A stretch of DNA of 25,891 nucleotides from an uncultured Halobacteria archaeon (lineage in GTDB: Archaea > Halobacteriota > Syntropharchaeia > Alkanophagales > Methanospirareceae): the NCBI GenBank assembly GCA_964644925.1, contig CAZXYJ010000001.1, forward strand, positions 1 through 25,891. Direction: 5' to 3'. The stretch's first letter is position 1. Every line of letters begins with the position of its first letter. Below are positions 1 to 8,466 of this stretch, piece by piece. The notes under the pieces were generated by a model. That model had not been told where the DNA came from. It did no database searches and saw nothing but the letters and a program-made list of their open reading frames with translations. The translations under genes and the position numbers were made by a program.

Positions 1-117
1 AGGAAGAAAAAAAGAATAAAATAATAAAAATATAAGTACTCTTCGGTGGCAAAAAAGAGCGAGGAAAAGAAAAAGTTTCTATTAACATGTTAGAACTTCT
101 CAAGCTAAAAACGGAAA

Positions 118-435
118 ATGAAAATAAAAAATGGTGAAATGATATTGGAATCTTGGGACGATGTATTTTCAAATCAAAACATTTCCGAACAGAAAAAGGA
201 AGAAATAAAGAAGAAAATAGTCAGAAGGACAAGACCTTACAACCATTATCTTCCCATTGAAAGTCCTGGTGATCACATGCACGCAGAAGTACGTATTCTT
301 GAATGTGTTGACGGCATACAAATACAAGATACGCTATATGGCGAGGAGTTTCCAGATACGATTAGACTGAGCATAATAAACACTGACAAAGATAGCGTTA
401 TAGTATATCTCGATGATATTCCATGTTGGGGCTGA
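118..435 (+). CDS. Hypothetical protein
   Basis: 105-aa ORF on the majority strand; no motif recognised. Confidence 0.6.
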   Translation: MKIKNGEMILESWDDVFSNQNISEQKKEEIKKKIVRRTRPYNHYLPIESPGDHMHAEVRILECVDGIQIQDTLYGEEFPDTIRLSIINTDKDSVIVYLDDIPCWG

Positions 436-485
436 AAGTTAGAAGAAAATGTATATTTTGAAGAGATAAAGGAGGTAAAAGAAAA

Positions 486-1352
486 ATGGAAACACAACTA
501 ATTTTTAAAATCAGCAAAAATGAAGTAATAGTGGAAGCGCAAATAGGTAAACATGAACCAAACGAAATAGGCAGATTAACAAACTTTCGCTATCCGGATA
601 TAATGTTAGACTGTGTCAAGGTATTTTATCGACATCATAGAGATTGGTTGTTAAATGGTGAAGAAGAGAATGATTTTAAAACCGATAGTTCTGCAGCTAC
701 CGAGGATCCAGCCAAACTGATAGGTTCATGTGGAGAAAAAACATCAGCGTTTTCAAAATCATCCGTTTCGCCGGTCCAAGCATCATCAAAACAACGAAAA
801 AAATATCCCAACTGGCATGGTATAGGAAAAGGAAGAGCAGGAACGATATATGAAGAGGTTCTGAATGCTTTCTTAGAAGAATACAAAGAGAGAGGAGAAC
901 CAAGCCCTGAAAGGGCGTATTGTCTTATTCGCGAGATGTATGGCAAACACTTGGGTGGAAAATCCCTTTCCGTGTATGCAAGTATGTATAATATATACAT
1001 TAGAGAAAACAAACTCGCCGAGTTCGCAGTAAAACCTTCTGCAAAAGAGTCGGAAACAAATAATCTATACATCCCTGAGTCCACCGTAACCCCCCCCCAA
1101 AAAGAGCTAAAATCGAAAACAAAAAACATTTCGATGGAAGAGGTAGTAGAGATATGGGGGGCACTCCCTGGTAAATTTAAATATAAACAGATTAAAGCGC
1201 TTGTGCCCATGCACATAGCACAAACCGCTCCTCGTATAGATGCCACTAACTTCATCATTAAACAGTTTTTAGAAAACAGCGAGTTTGAATGTGAAGAGAT
1301 ATCACCGGGTATCTTCAGAAAAAATCTTGAAGAGAGAAAAGAAAAGCAATGA
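486..1352 (+). CDS. Hypothetical protein (288 aa)
   Basis: Long ORF preceded by GGAGG; its stop overlaps the next ATG (ATGA at 1349-1352). Confidence 0.75.
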   Translation: METQLIFKISKNEVIVEAQIGKHEPNEIGRLTNFRYPDIMLDCVKVFYRHHRDWLLNGEEENDFKTDSSAATEDPAKLIGSCGEKTSAFSKSSVSPVQASSKQRKKYPNWHGIGKGRAGTIYEEVLNAFLEEYKERGEPSPERAYCLIREMYGKHLGGKSLSVYASMYNIYIRENKLAEFAVKPSAKESETNNLYIPESTVTPPQKELKSKTKNISMEEVVEIWGALPGKFKYKQIKALVPMHIAQTAPRIDATNFIIKQFLENSEFECEEISPGIFRKNLEERKEKQ

Positions 1353-1528
1353 TGCCTGAAGACATCAAAGCTGGCTTAAAATCCAACAGGCTAAAAGAGA
1401 TTTCGCTTACGCAAGCAGAACGATACAGCCGCAACGAGCAGTTTCTGCAGCTCATGCGCGAAGATAAGTTAGGTATCAAAGCTTACTGGGATGAAGAGCA
1501 GCGGATGGTTCGGTTCGGGTTAGAATGA
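1349..1528 (+). CDS. Small hypothetical protein (59 aa, MMPEDIKAGL...VRFGLE), absent from the ORF track
   Basis: Fills the gap exactly, with ATGA overlaps at both ends (1349-1352 and 1525-1528). Confidence 0.7.
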   Translation: MMPEDIKAGLKSNRLKEISLTQAERYSRNEQFLQLMREDKLGIKAYWDEEQRMVRFGLE

Positions 1529-2538
1529 AATATGTCGGCAGTCTGTTCGGCGGAATCGGGGGATTTGAACTCGGCTTTGCGCGAGAAGGATTTAAAACAA
1601 AATGGTTCATTGAGAATAACGAATACTGCCAAGCAGTCCTCAGAAAGAACTTTCCAAATACCCCTATTTACGGAGACATACGAAAACTCAATTTTGGAGA
1701 ACTCAAAGAAGTTGATATACTCACAGGTGGCTTCCCCTGCCAGGACATCTCCTGTGCCAACCCAAAAGGAAAAGGAATTGAAGGAGAACGGAGCGGGTTA
1801 TGGACATATTACGCAAAAGCTATTAGGGAGATACAACCAGAATACGCAGTCATTGAAAACGTTCCAATGCTCGCTAACAGAGGACTCAACTTTGTCCTTA
1901 GAGACCTTGCCGAAGACGGGTATGATGCAGAATGGTTCTGTTTACGGGCTTCAGATTTCGGAGCGTTACACAGAAGAGAACGATTATTCGTTATTGCCTA
2001 CCCTTCAAGCACGAGAATGGAAAGGAATGACGGCTGCAGATTACAAAACTCTGAGAGGGGAGAAGAGCAAATGGGGGCGCGGGAGTTTAAAAAGTGCATT
2101 TCTCCCAACAGTAACGGGGGACAGTGTAAATATGAGAACCAAGAACTATGCACAGGGCGGAACTCCTCTACCACTTGTTTTGTTACCGACCCTAACTATC
2201 AACGGCAATTACAACCGCAAAGGAGCAAGCAAGACATCGGGGGACGGATTGGTGACGGTGTTGAAACGCGTTTCGTTACCAACGATTTCCGCAACAGAAT
2301 ACAAAGGTGCGCAGAAGAATCGTTACAAGGGGAGCAGGGATTTTCGTGGTGTACGAATGTCAGAAGGATTGAGGACTTGCAAGGAAGACCCGATATACCT
2401 GAACCCCTCTTTCGCGGAGGTCATGATGGGATTCCCAGTTGGATGGACAGAATTAAGTGTTGTGGAAACGCAGTCGTTCCGCAAGTTGCACAATTCATCG
2501 CAAGGAGAATTAAAGAGATAGAAAAGTGGACTTTTTAA
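1525..2538 (+). CDS. DNA (cytosine-5) methyltransferase, catalytic (alpha-like) chain
   Basis: Motif I LFGGIGG, motif IV GFPCQD, motif VI IENV, motif VIII HRRERLFVIA, motif X GNAVVPQVA; motif IX not seen in this frame. Confidence 0.92.
   Translation: MKYVGSLFGGIGGFELGFAREGFKTKWFIENNEYCQAVLRKNFPNTPIYGDIRKLNFGELKEVDILTGGFPCQDISCANPKGKGIEGERSGLWTYYAKAIREIQPEYAVIENVPMLANRGLNFVLRDLAEDGYDAEWFCLRASDFGALHRRERLFVIAYPSSTRMERNDGCRLQNSERGEEQMGAREFKKCISPNSNGGQCKYENQELCTGRNSSTTCFVTDPNYQRQLQPQRSKQDIGGRIGDGVETRFVTNDFRNRIQRCAEESLQGEQGFSWCTNVRRIEDLQGRPDIPEPLFRGGHDGIPSWMDRIKCCGNAVVPQVAQFIARRIKEIEKWTF
1532..2521 (+). CDS. Overlapping +1-frame ORF, probable beta chain (target-recognition region + motif IX) of a split C5 methyltransferase; true start uncertain (1532, or ATG 1922)
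   Basis: 329 codons open in the alternative frame; repeated LPTxxA units and C-terminal LNPSFAEVMMGFPVGWT, which resembles motif IX. Confidence 0.65.
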   Translation: MSAVCSAESGDLNSALREKDLKQNGSLRITNTAKQSSERTFQIPLFTETYENSILENSKKLIYSQVASPARTSPVPTQKEKELKENGAGYGHITQKLLGRYNQNTQSLKTFQCSLTEDSTLSLETLPKTGMMQNGSVYGLQISERYTEENDYSLLPTLQAREWKGMTAADYKTLRGEKSKWGRGSLKSAFLPTVTGDSVNMRTKNYAQGGTPLPLVLLPTLTINGNYNRKGASKTSGDGLVTVLKRVSLPTISATEYKGAQKNRYKGSRDFRGVRMSEGLRTCKEDPIYLNPSFAEVMMGFPVGWTELSVVETQSFRKLHNSSQGELKR

Positions 2539-2960
2539 GAGCAGAATTTACCAAACGAATAAAAACCTTCAGCTTAACGGACCAAGCAAAACAAGAACTA
2601 TTCAACAAATTCAAAGACTGCTGGGATACAGGTTTCAGGTGCTTCTATTGTAAAAAAAGAATGGACTTGAAATTTGAGAACGAATATTCATTCACGATAG
2701 ATCATACAACCCCGAAAGCCAAAGGAGGTCAGGACACAGTGCAAAACTTAGAATTTGTATGTAGGACCTGCAACTTCCTCAAGGGTGGCATGGACACAGA
2801 AAAATATATGGACAATATGGAACGGCTAACAGCAAGAAAAAACAAAAATGAATACAGGAAGGCAAGAAGAGCAACAGAAAAAGACAAACAAACAAGAGAA
2901 GCATATAAGACTATTTTTGAACTGGTGGGCGCTACAAGGACAGAAGCAAACGAGAACTAA
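2526..2960 (+). CDS. HNH endonuclease
   Basis: CFYC...TIDHTTPKAKGG...NLEFVCRTCNFLKG zinc/HNH signature. Confidence 0.88.
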   Translation: MDFLRAEFTKRIKTFSLTDQAKQELFNKFKDCWDTGFRCFYCKKRMDLKFENEYSFTIDHTTPKAKGGQDTVQNLEFVCRTCNFLKGGMDTEKYMDNMERLTARKNKNEYRKARRATEKDKQTREAYKTIFELVGATRTEANEN

Positions 2961-3407
2961 ATGAAACAATATAATTTTGTCCCTATTGAATTGAAAGATG
3001 CCAACCGTTTCATAGCGCAGTTTCACCGGCATAACAAACCTGTTGTCAGAGCAAAGTTTCAGGTGGGGCTTATGAAGGACAAAGAACTAATCGGTGTTGG
3101 AGTTGTCGGCAGGCCCATTGCCAGAATGTTATCTAATGGTAAAACCGTTGAAGTGCTGAGAACGTGCATCAAAGAAGGCTACCCAAATGCGTGTTCAATG
3201 ATGTATGCACGGCTGAAGCGAATCTCAGAATTACTGGGTTATGAGAAAGTTATAACATACACCCTCCAGAAGGAAAGCCAGAGCAGCCTAAAAGCGTTAG
3301 GAGCTTCCATCGTTGCAGAGGTTAAACCACAGGATTGGAATAGGAAGAATCGGCGTAGAGCGGCACAGCCCGTGTACAAAGAGCCAAAATACAGATGGGA
3401 ATTATAA
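2961..3407 (+). CDS. Conserved phage protein, XF1762-like (possible GNAT/Mom-like fold)
   Basis: ANRFIAQFHRH, VGRPIAR, EVLRTC, NACSMMY, ITYTLQKES motifs recalled from this phage family. Confidence 0.6.
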   Translation: MKQYNFVPIELKDANRFIAQFHRHNKPVVRAKFQVGLMKDKELIGVGVVGRPIARMLSNGKTVEVLRTCIKEGYPNACSMMYARLKRISELLGYEKVITYTLQKESQSSLKALGASIVAEVKPQDWNRKNRRRAAQPVYKEPKYRWEL

Positions 3408-3411
3408 CACA

Positions 3412-3702
3412 TTGAAATCCTTCACCGACCGCGTAAAACGTAACCAGGAAAAGCAGGGGTTATATGTATTTAAAGTGCCAAAAAGCGTTGACCCGCAGAT
3501 ACGAGAACCCATTGATTTAATCTGCATGAATACACATGGCAAAGTAACATTTATCAGGGCGAGGGGAAACGGTCACGGCAATCTTAACGGGGTAACTACA
3601 TTACGACTGAAACAACTCGGTAAACAGTGCGGTGCTAAGGTATTGCATTCAAAAGAAAACGGTGCCGGTGAGATTGTATTTTTCAGGATATACGAGAGAT
3701 GA
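3412..3702 (+). CDS. Hypothetical protein, weak similarity to Hjc/PD-(D/E)xK nucleases; start uncertain (TTG 3412 proposed)
   Basis: PIDLICMNTHGKVTFIRAR resembles the DLIA...IEVK motif but lacks E and K; stop overlaps next ATG. Confidence 0.4.
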   Translation: MKSFTDRVKRNQEKQGLYVFKVPKSVDPQIREPIDLICMNTHGKVTFIRARGNGHGNLNGVTTLRLKQLGKQCGAKVLHSKENGAGEIVFFRIYER

Positions 3703-3935
3703 ATAAAAAGAGACGAAAGAGGAGAAGACGTATCAGATTCACAGAGGAAGTCCCAGATGCAGAATGCCTTATATGTCCCTTCTCTTGCTGCTCTCACCCC
3801 TTCCAAGAACTATTTGACGAATCTTATCTAACCACATACGCCAAACTGTGCATCAAAGACCTTACCCCGCACGACCGCCGTAAAGTTCTTGCAAGAATCG
3901 AAAATCAAGGTTGTGTTAAAAATGCCAAGATTTAG
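3699..3935 (+). CDS. Small basic Cys-containing hypothetical protein
   Basis: ATGA overlap with upstream gene; CxxCxxxCC cluster. Confidence 0.6.
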   Translation: MNKKRRKRRRRIRFTEEVPDAECLICPFSCCSHPFQELFDESYLTTYAKLCIKDLTPHDRRKVLARIENQGCVKNAKI

Positions 3936-3958
3936 ACTACCCTAACCAAACACAAAAA

Positions 3959-3975
3959 CCGAAACCTTTATATAC
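3959..3975 (+). promoter_or_regulatory. Archaeal promoter (BRE + TATA)
   Basis: CCGAAA followed by CC-TTTATATA-C (3967-3974), upstream of ORF 4013. Confidence 0.7.
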
Positions 3976-4012
3976 CCTTTCCGCTAATATACTATTATAG
4001 GAAAAAACTAAA

Positions 4013-4222
4013 ATGGGAAAAACCGAAAAGAAGGGAGAAGAAGGGCAAGAAGAAGAATACTTTGACCTATCAATAAAAATATCGGGTGAACCACTCAGAC
4101 AACTTATGGCAATAAGAGCGGATAAGGAAAAGAAAACAAGAAAAATAACATCAGCAACAGAAATTGTTCGGGAAGCGATAGAGCGTTGGTATAAGGAAAG
4201 TTTTGAAAAGGAGAAAAAATAA
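4013..4222 (+). CDS. Ribbon-helix-helix-like DNA-binding protein
   Basis: DLSIKIS strand followed by helices ending ATEIVREAIERWY. Confidence 0.55.
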   Translation: MGKTEKKGEEGQEEEYFDLSIKISGEPLRQLMAIRADKEKKTRKITSATEIVREAIERWYKESFEKEKK

Positions 4223-4227
4223 AGAAA

Positions 4228-4410
4228 ATGGAAATGAGAAGGCGCTTCGGGGCAACCTTCTCGGTAAAACAATTTGCCGAGCAGGTATATAAGTTTTTCG
4301 GTTTTCAGCTTAGCGGGCTGAAGACACGACTCTCGGAAATGAGAGCCAGAGAAGAGAGCTGGGGATTGGTTGTATTTGAGAGTGGGGTAGTTACGGAGGT
4401 AGCAGCATGA
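4228..4410 (+). CDS. Small hypothetical protein
   Basis: 60 aa; ATGA overlap with the next gene. Confidence 0.55.
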   Translation: MEMRRRFGATFSVKQFAEQVYKFFGFQLSGLKTRLSEMRAREESWGLVVFESGVVTEVAA

Positions 4411-4913
4411 GCGAAGAAGTCAAAGAGCAAGTTAAGTACGATTGGAAAGAGCTGAGAATAGCCGAATATGCACGACTCGAAAACGAGATAGCTATCGAAA
4501 CGCATGAATTAGTTACCGACCCAGTGAGGAACAGACTGATTAAGGAGCAGGCAATGCTGAACGCGGAGATTGAAGAGGTTGAGGCGATATACCATAAAAA
4601 CATCGAAGCAGCACAACAGCAACAGGCAGGCATAAAGTTAGAGCTTGCAGAAACCTGGAGCGACACAGAAGATAAAACTTTTGAATGCGATGCCGGCACA
4701 GCAATACTACGCACGACAAAGTCACTGCATATCAGAAGCAAAGAAAAACTCGTGGCTTTCCTCGAGCTGAACAAAAAACTCACTGAATTTATAAAGAGCT
4801 TCGAGATAACAAAGTTGAGGAAGATAAAGGACGCGGGGATGCTGGAAGATGAGATAGCAACCTGGGACGAAAAGAAGAACGTGGCGATAAAACTTGCGGA
4901 GGCAGACCAATGA
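4407..4913 (+). CDS. Gam-like / Gp157-like host-nuclease inhibitor (tentative)
   Basis: N-terminal coiled coil, then KTFECDAGTAILRTTKSLHI, resembling the Mu Gam KT...GT...R segment. Confidence 0.5.
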   Translation: MSEEVKEQVKYDWKELRIAEYARLENEIAIETHELVTDPVRNRLIKEQAMLNAEIEEVEAIYHKNIEAAQQQQAGIKLELAETWSDTEDKTFECDAGTAILRTTKSLHIRSKEKLVAFLELNKKLTEFIKSFEITKLRKIKDAGMLEDEIATWDEKKNVAIKLAEADQ

Positions 4914-5107
4914 GAAAATGGAAAGCAGAACTATGGATGGATGATACCCCTCCAGAAGAAGACATAACACTCAAGGACGGAGGACATCTCGCACAGAAGG
5001 AAATAAACATCGCAATGGAAAAGGCAAAAGCAGCAATCGAAAAGGAATGGGACGGTCTGAAAGTAACGAATTACGATGTGTATATTGACAAGGAGGCAGC
5101 CCAATGA
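4910..5107 (+). CDS. Small hypothetical protein
   Basis: ATGA-coupled on both sides. Confidence 0.65.
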   Translation: MRKWKAELWMDDTPPEEDITLKDGGHLAQKEINIAMEKAKAAIEKEWDGLKVTNYDVYIDKEAAQ

Positions 5108-5325
5108 AAACCGAAAACATAGAGTTGAAAAGCGATCCAAAGTTGGGGCGGATTCTCGCTGAATATTGCGAAGATATAGGTGCTATACCCACCCAGGAAG
5201 GCAAGAGATTCTTCAGAGAATGGAATACAAAAGTTCCTACGAAACTTATCAGGCAGTGCATCTTCGCTGGGATTTACTGGGTGAAAAAGTATCCTGAGGA
5301 TATAACAGTCGTGGAGGGAGAATAA
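5104..5325 (+). CDS. Small hypothetical protein
   Basis: ATGA-coupled to the upstream gene; abuts the next gene. Confidence 0.65.
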   Translation: MKTENIELKSDPKLGRILAEYCEDIGAIPTQEGKRFFREWNTKVPTKLIRQCIFAGIYWVKKYPEDITVVEGE

Positions 5326-5326
5326 G

Positions 5327-6457
5327 ATGGATGAACAAGAGAGGACATCGTTAGAAGAGCGGGAATTGGAGGAAGCAGAAGAAGTATTCGCTAAATCTGG
5401 TACAGCGGAAGAAAGCTATCATTCCGATGGCACCGGAGACGCGGCGACCGATGAAGAAGAAAGTGTTCTTGCTGCAGAGATACAGAAGATAAGAGAAGAG
5501 CAAGGCAGAGCAGCACAACCGGTAGCAGTAGAGAAAAAGCCATCCCAGAAGAAGGAAGAAACAGCCAAAGAAAACCAGCAGATATTAGCGGCACTTGGAT
5601 TCAAGCGATATGAGGATACGGGGGTGATAAAATACAGCATCCGGGTAATGGACAAAAAGATTGGTGTGACATTCAACGAAACGAACCCACTCGGTAAAGT
5701 GTGGGCTTACACTGTTCCAGAAGGAGAGGAGGATAAGGAGTTTCTCAAGAACGGCGAACTCGCAGAGCATCCATTGATAGAAAAATATATCGCCATCAAA
5801 GAGGGTAAAGAGCCGATGCCTGAAATACGCGTGACCGGCAAGATAACGGAAAAGCGAGGTAAAGCCATCAAGATAGAAATCGAAGAGAACGGAGAAACAA
5901 AACAAATCTTCTTCGGACAGGGAGCAGTAAAGAAAGACAACGACGGATATTTCATACCCGCAGGATTCAGCAAGGCGACAAAGGATCACGAGGCAAAGAT
6001 GGCAATACCCAGAAACATTCGGCTCCAGGATTATTTAATACAACTCGAACAGGCTCCGATGGCGGACACAACAGAAGAAAAAAAAGAGTTACCTAAAAAG
6101 CCCGACGAATTAGCAAAGGCAGAATTACAACCAACCGGAAAAACCACTATGGACGAAATAATAAAGCCAGAAGAAGAATACACGGACATGGGAGAACAAG
6201 TAATAATCGAAGAGCATATCAAGAAATATGTGGGAATACTGGCACGAGTTACAGAAGTGATTTTAGCAGAGGATAGAATCCCGGACCGCGAGAAAGGCTA
6301 CGGGGTGAAATTCGTATATTACTCGGTAATCGGAGAAACAAAGAAAAAACCGGAACTGAGCAAACACGAGATAGAAGAGATAGCCCGGGCGATATTAGAC
6401 ATACCGATAGAACCGATTGCGAAGGAAAACGGAGGCGACAATGAAGGGTGGGACTAA
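5327..6457 (+). CDS. Acidic hypothetical protein (376 aa)
   Basis: Long ORF in the operon; no motif recognised. Confidence 0.75.
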   Translation: MDEQERTSLEERELEEAEEVFAKSGTAEESYHSDGTGDAATDEEESVLAAEIQKIREEQGRAAQPVAVEKKPSQKKEETAKENQQILAALGFKRYEDTGVIKYSIRVMDKKIGVTFNETNPLGKVWAYTVPEGEEDKEFLKNGELAEHPLIEKYIAIKEGKEPMPEIRVTGKITEKRGKAIKIEIEENGETKQIFFGQGAVKKDNDGYFIPAGFSKATKDHEAKMAIPRNIRLQDYLIQLEQAPMADTTEEKKELPKKPDELAKAELQPTGKTTMDEIIKPEEEYTDMGEQVIIEEHIKKYVGILARVTEVILAEDRIPDREKGYGVKFVYYSVIGETKKKPELSKHEIEEIARAILDIPIEPIAKENGGDNEGWD

Positions 6458-6483
6458 CCTGCTCTTCACCGTCGAAAAGAAAA

Positions 6484-6882
6484 ATGGTTTCAGCAAAGAA
6501 ACAAGTAACTTCTTTGGAACCTTCAAAACGGTTGAAGGAGTTGGGGGTAAAACAAGATAGCCTTTTTGCATGGTATCAATATCCCGATAAGCACATATAT
6601 TGTGAATACCGTGAATACCAAGCGTCTCAGGATGATCAAAGCACATTTCAAGACGGATACGCAAAATTGCCAGTTGAGATATGTGCGGCATTCACAGTTG
6701 CGGAACTCGGCGAGCTGCTACCGAAGTATGTAACATCCGAAAAAGATCACTAAGGAAAATTCTTCGTTAGAAGTGAGGACGCAGTTTATAACACATTAGA
6801 AAACACCGAAGCAAATGCACGGGCTGAAATGCTAATCTATCTCATAGAGAACATGGAAATGGTAGGGGCGACCAAACAATGA
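6484..6882 (+). pseudogene. Conserved phage hypothetical protein interrupted by an in-frame TAA at 6751-6753
   Basis: The frame continues after the stop (GKFFV...TEANARAEMLIYLIEN...KQ) and ends in an ATGA overlap with ORF 6879. Confidence 0.7.
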
Positions 6883-7079
6883 GAGACAAAACAATAGATT
6901 ATAACGCACAGGCAGGCGGCGGAGTAATAGCAATACTCAAAGCAATAGAAGGACTGAAAGCATGGAAAAGAGAATATAAAGGGCAAACAGGAATGGACTT
7001 AGACATATCCGATGACTTAAAAGGAATCAGAAGCAATCTAAATGATTTGATAGAGATAACGGAGGAGACAGAGCAATGA
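6879..7079 (+). CDS. Small hypothetical protein
   Basis: ATGA-coupled on both sides. Confidence 0.65.
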   Translation: MRDKTIDYNAQAGGGVIAILKAIEGLKAWKREYKGQTGMDLDISDDLKGIRSNLNDLIEITEETEQ

Positions 7080-7351
7080 AAGAAGAAATTATCGAAGAGA
7101 GGTTCTGGATATCCAATAAGGATTGCAAAAACGGTATCGGAGTGAAAATAAATAGCATACAAAGCAAAAGAGCGAGTGGAGGAGGTATCGAAAAAGAAAG
7201 AGCAATAAAACAATTGGAGAAAATGGAAGCCGAAAACGATGTTAAAATCGAAAAGTTAGAAATAAAACTGCACAATTTGAAATGTGAACAAGACCAAATA
7301 ATAGAAACAATAAAGAAGTTAAAGTGGCAAAAGGGAGCGACTATATTATGA
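7076..7351 (+). CDS. Coiled-coil hypothetical protein
   Basis: ATGA-coupled on both sides. Confidence 0.65.
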   Translation: MKEEIIEERFWISNKDCKNGIGVKINSIQSKRASGGGIEKERAIKQLEKMEAENDVKIEKLEIKLHNLKCEQDQIIETIKKLKWQKGATIL

Positions 7352-7597
7352 TACCGCGACTATGGACTGACCTGACAGAAGAAGAGTTACAAGAGGAAAG
7401 AAAGCGTATCCAGAAAGACCAGAATGCACATACTGGGGAGAAAGGGAATGATATTACTCAATCCTTTCCCTAATGGCAAGTTGCGTGATGAGATGCTTCG
7501 CACAGTAATCAAAGCAGAAGGCGCTGAGGATATAGCAGCCGTTGGAGTATTCCGATTATACACGGTGGAAGTCATAGAGGACAAGAGAGAAAAATAG
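7348..7597 (+). other. Two small overlapping ORFs (7348-7473, 41 aa; 7448-7597, 49 aa) or one frameshifted gene
   Basis: Translated by hand; removing one base near 7441-7447 fuses them into one ~82-aa ORF. Confidence 0.4.
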
Positions 7598-7603
7598 AAA
7601 ACC

Positions 7604-7620
7604 TAACAATTGTAAAAAAA
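7604..7620 (+). repeat. Direct repeat copy 1 (TAACAATTGT-AAAAAAA) flanking the HNH cassette
   Basis: Matches 8171-8188 except for one extra T. Confidence 0.7.
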
Positions 7621-7654
7621 CGGCGATTAGGTCGTTTTCGCTATGCCTTATACC

Positions 7655-7663
7655 TTTATATAC
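7655..7663 (+). promoter_or_regulatory. Archaeal TATA box of the HNH cassette
   Basis: TTTATATAC, same motif as the other viral promoters. Confidence 0.6.
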
Positions 7664-7729
7664 TCTAAAAGCCAATATTTAATAGGGGTACGCCTTGACC
7701 GTATCCCCACCTGTCAAGGGGGTAAAAAG

Positions 7730-8173
7730 ATGGTAAGTGAAGTAAAGGGAATAGGAACTCAGAGAGCTAAGGAGTTTGCAGAGTGGTTAAAATCAAAACA
7801 TCAAAGAGAGGAAAAAGAATATAAAAGAAAGAAGAGAGAAGAAAGAAATATAAAAGAAATAACACCCCCCAATGATGTTTTTGGTTTAAGGCGTAATAAG
7901 AAAATTTTATTATTTAAAGCAAACGTCCCCATCAAAATAAATATTACAAGAGATAATCCTAATTGGCATCTCTTTAGAAAATATATATTAAAGAGAGACG
8001 ATTTTAAATGCGGTTTATGTCCTAATAAAAACAATTTGCAGATTCATCATATCATACCTGTTTCTGAAAACATTAATTTAATGTATGATGAAGATAATTG
8101 TTTAACATTATGCCTGAAATGCCATCAAAAACAACATCCAAATAATAATCTTTTTAAAAATGGAGAAACATAA
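7730..8173 (+). CDS. HNH endonuclease (AT-rich; start reassigned to ATG 7730)
   Basis: CGLC...LQIHHIIP...NCLTLCLKCHQKQH; SD-like GGGGGT at 7718-7723; the longer ORF start at 7643 lies upstream of the TATA box. Confidence 0.85.
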   Translation: MVSEVKGIGTQRAKEFAEWLKSKHQREEKEYKRKKREERNIKEITPPNDVFGLRRNKKILLFKANVPIKINITRDNPNWHLFRKYILKRDDFKCGLCPNKNNLQIHHIIPVSENINLMYDEDNCLTLCLKCHQKQHPNNNLFKNGET

Positions 8174-8188
8174 CAATTGTTAAAAAAA
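8171..8188 (+). repeat. Direct repeat copy 2 (TAACAATTGTTAAAAAAA)
   Basis: See 7604-7620. Confidence 0.7.
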
Positions 8189-8214
8189 TAGGATACGAGT
8201 TGCCTCAGCGGAGA

Positions 8215-8459
8215 TATACGGCTGTTTTAAGGTGGAGCTACAGGGCGATTTTCGCATATAAGTTACGTTTAGCTATTGCAGAATACAAATATACCCGGGA
8301 AATCCATTTGAGTTCTAAGCTGCTATACATAACGCACAGTAAAAGATTATTTTAAGCCGATTTAAAAAACGAGGCTCATACAGGCCACCTAAGCAACGAA
8401 AACAACTTCCGAGATATTTAAATAGCTTTTTATATTTTAACGTCTAAGGTCTATATGTG
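8215..8459 (+). repeat. Long non-coding diverged direct repeat, copy A (upstream of terminase)
   Basis: 36/39 identity at the start and 25/27 at 8377-8403 to copy B, at a constant offset of 9168 bp. Confidence 0.85.
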
Positions 8460-8466
8460 GGCATAC

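Noticed and set aside
3313-3411. Upstream extension of ORF 3313-3702
   Set aside because: Overlaps the preceding gene by 95 nt in an operon that otherwise uses minimal overlaps
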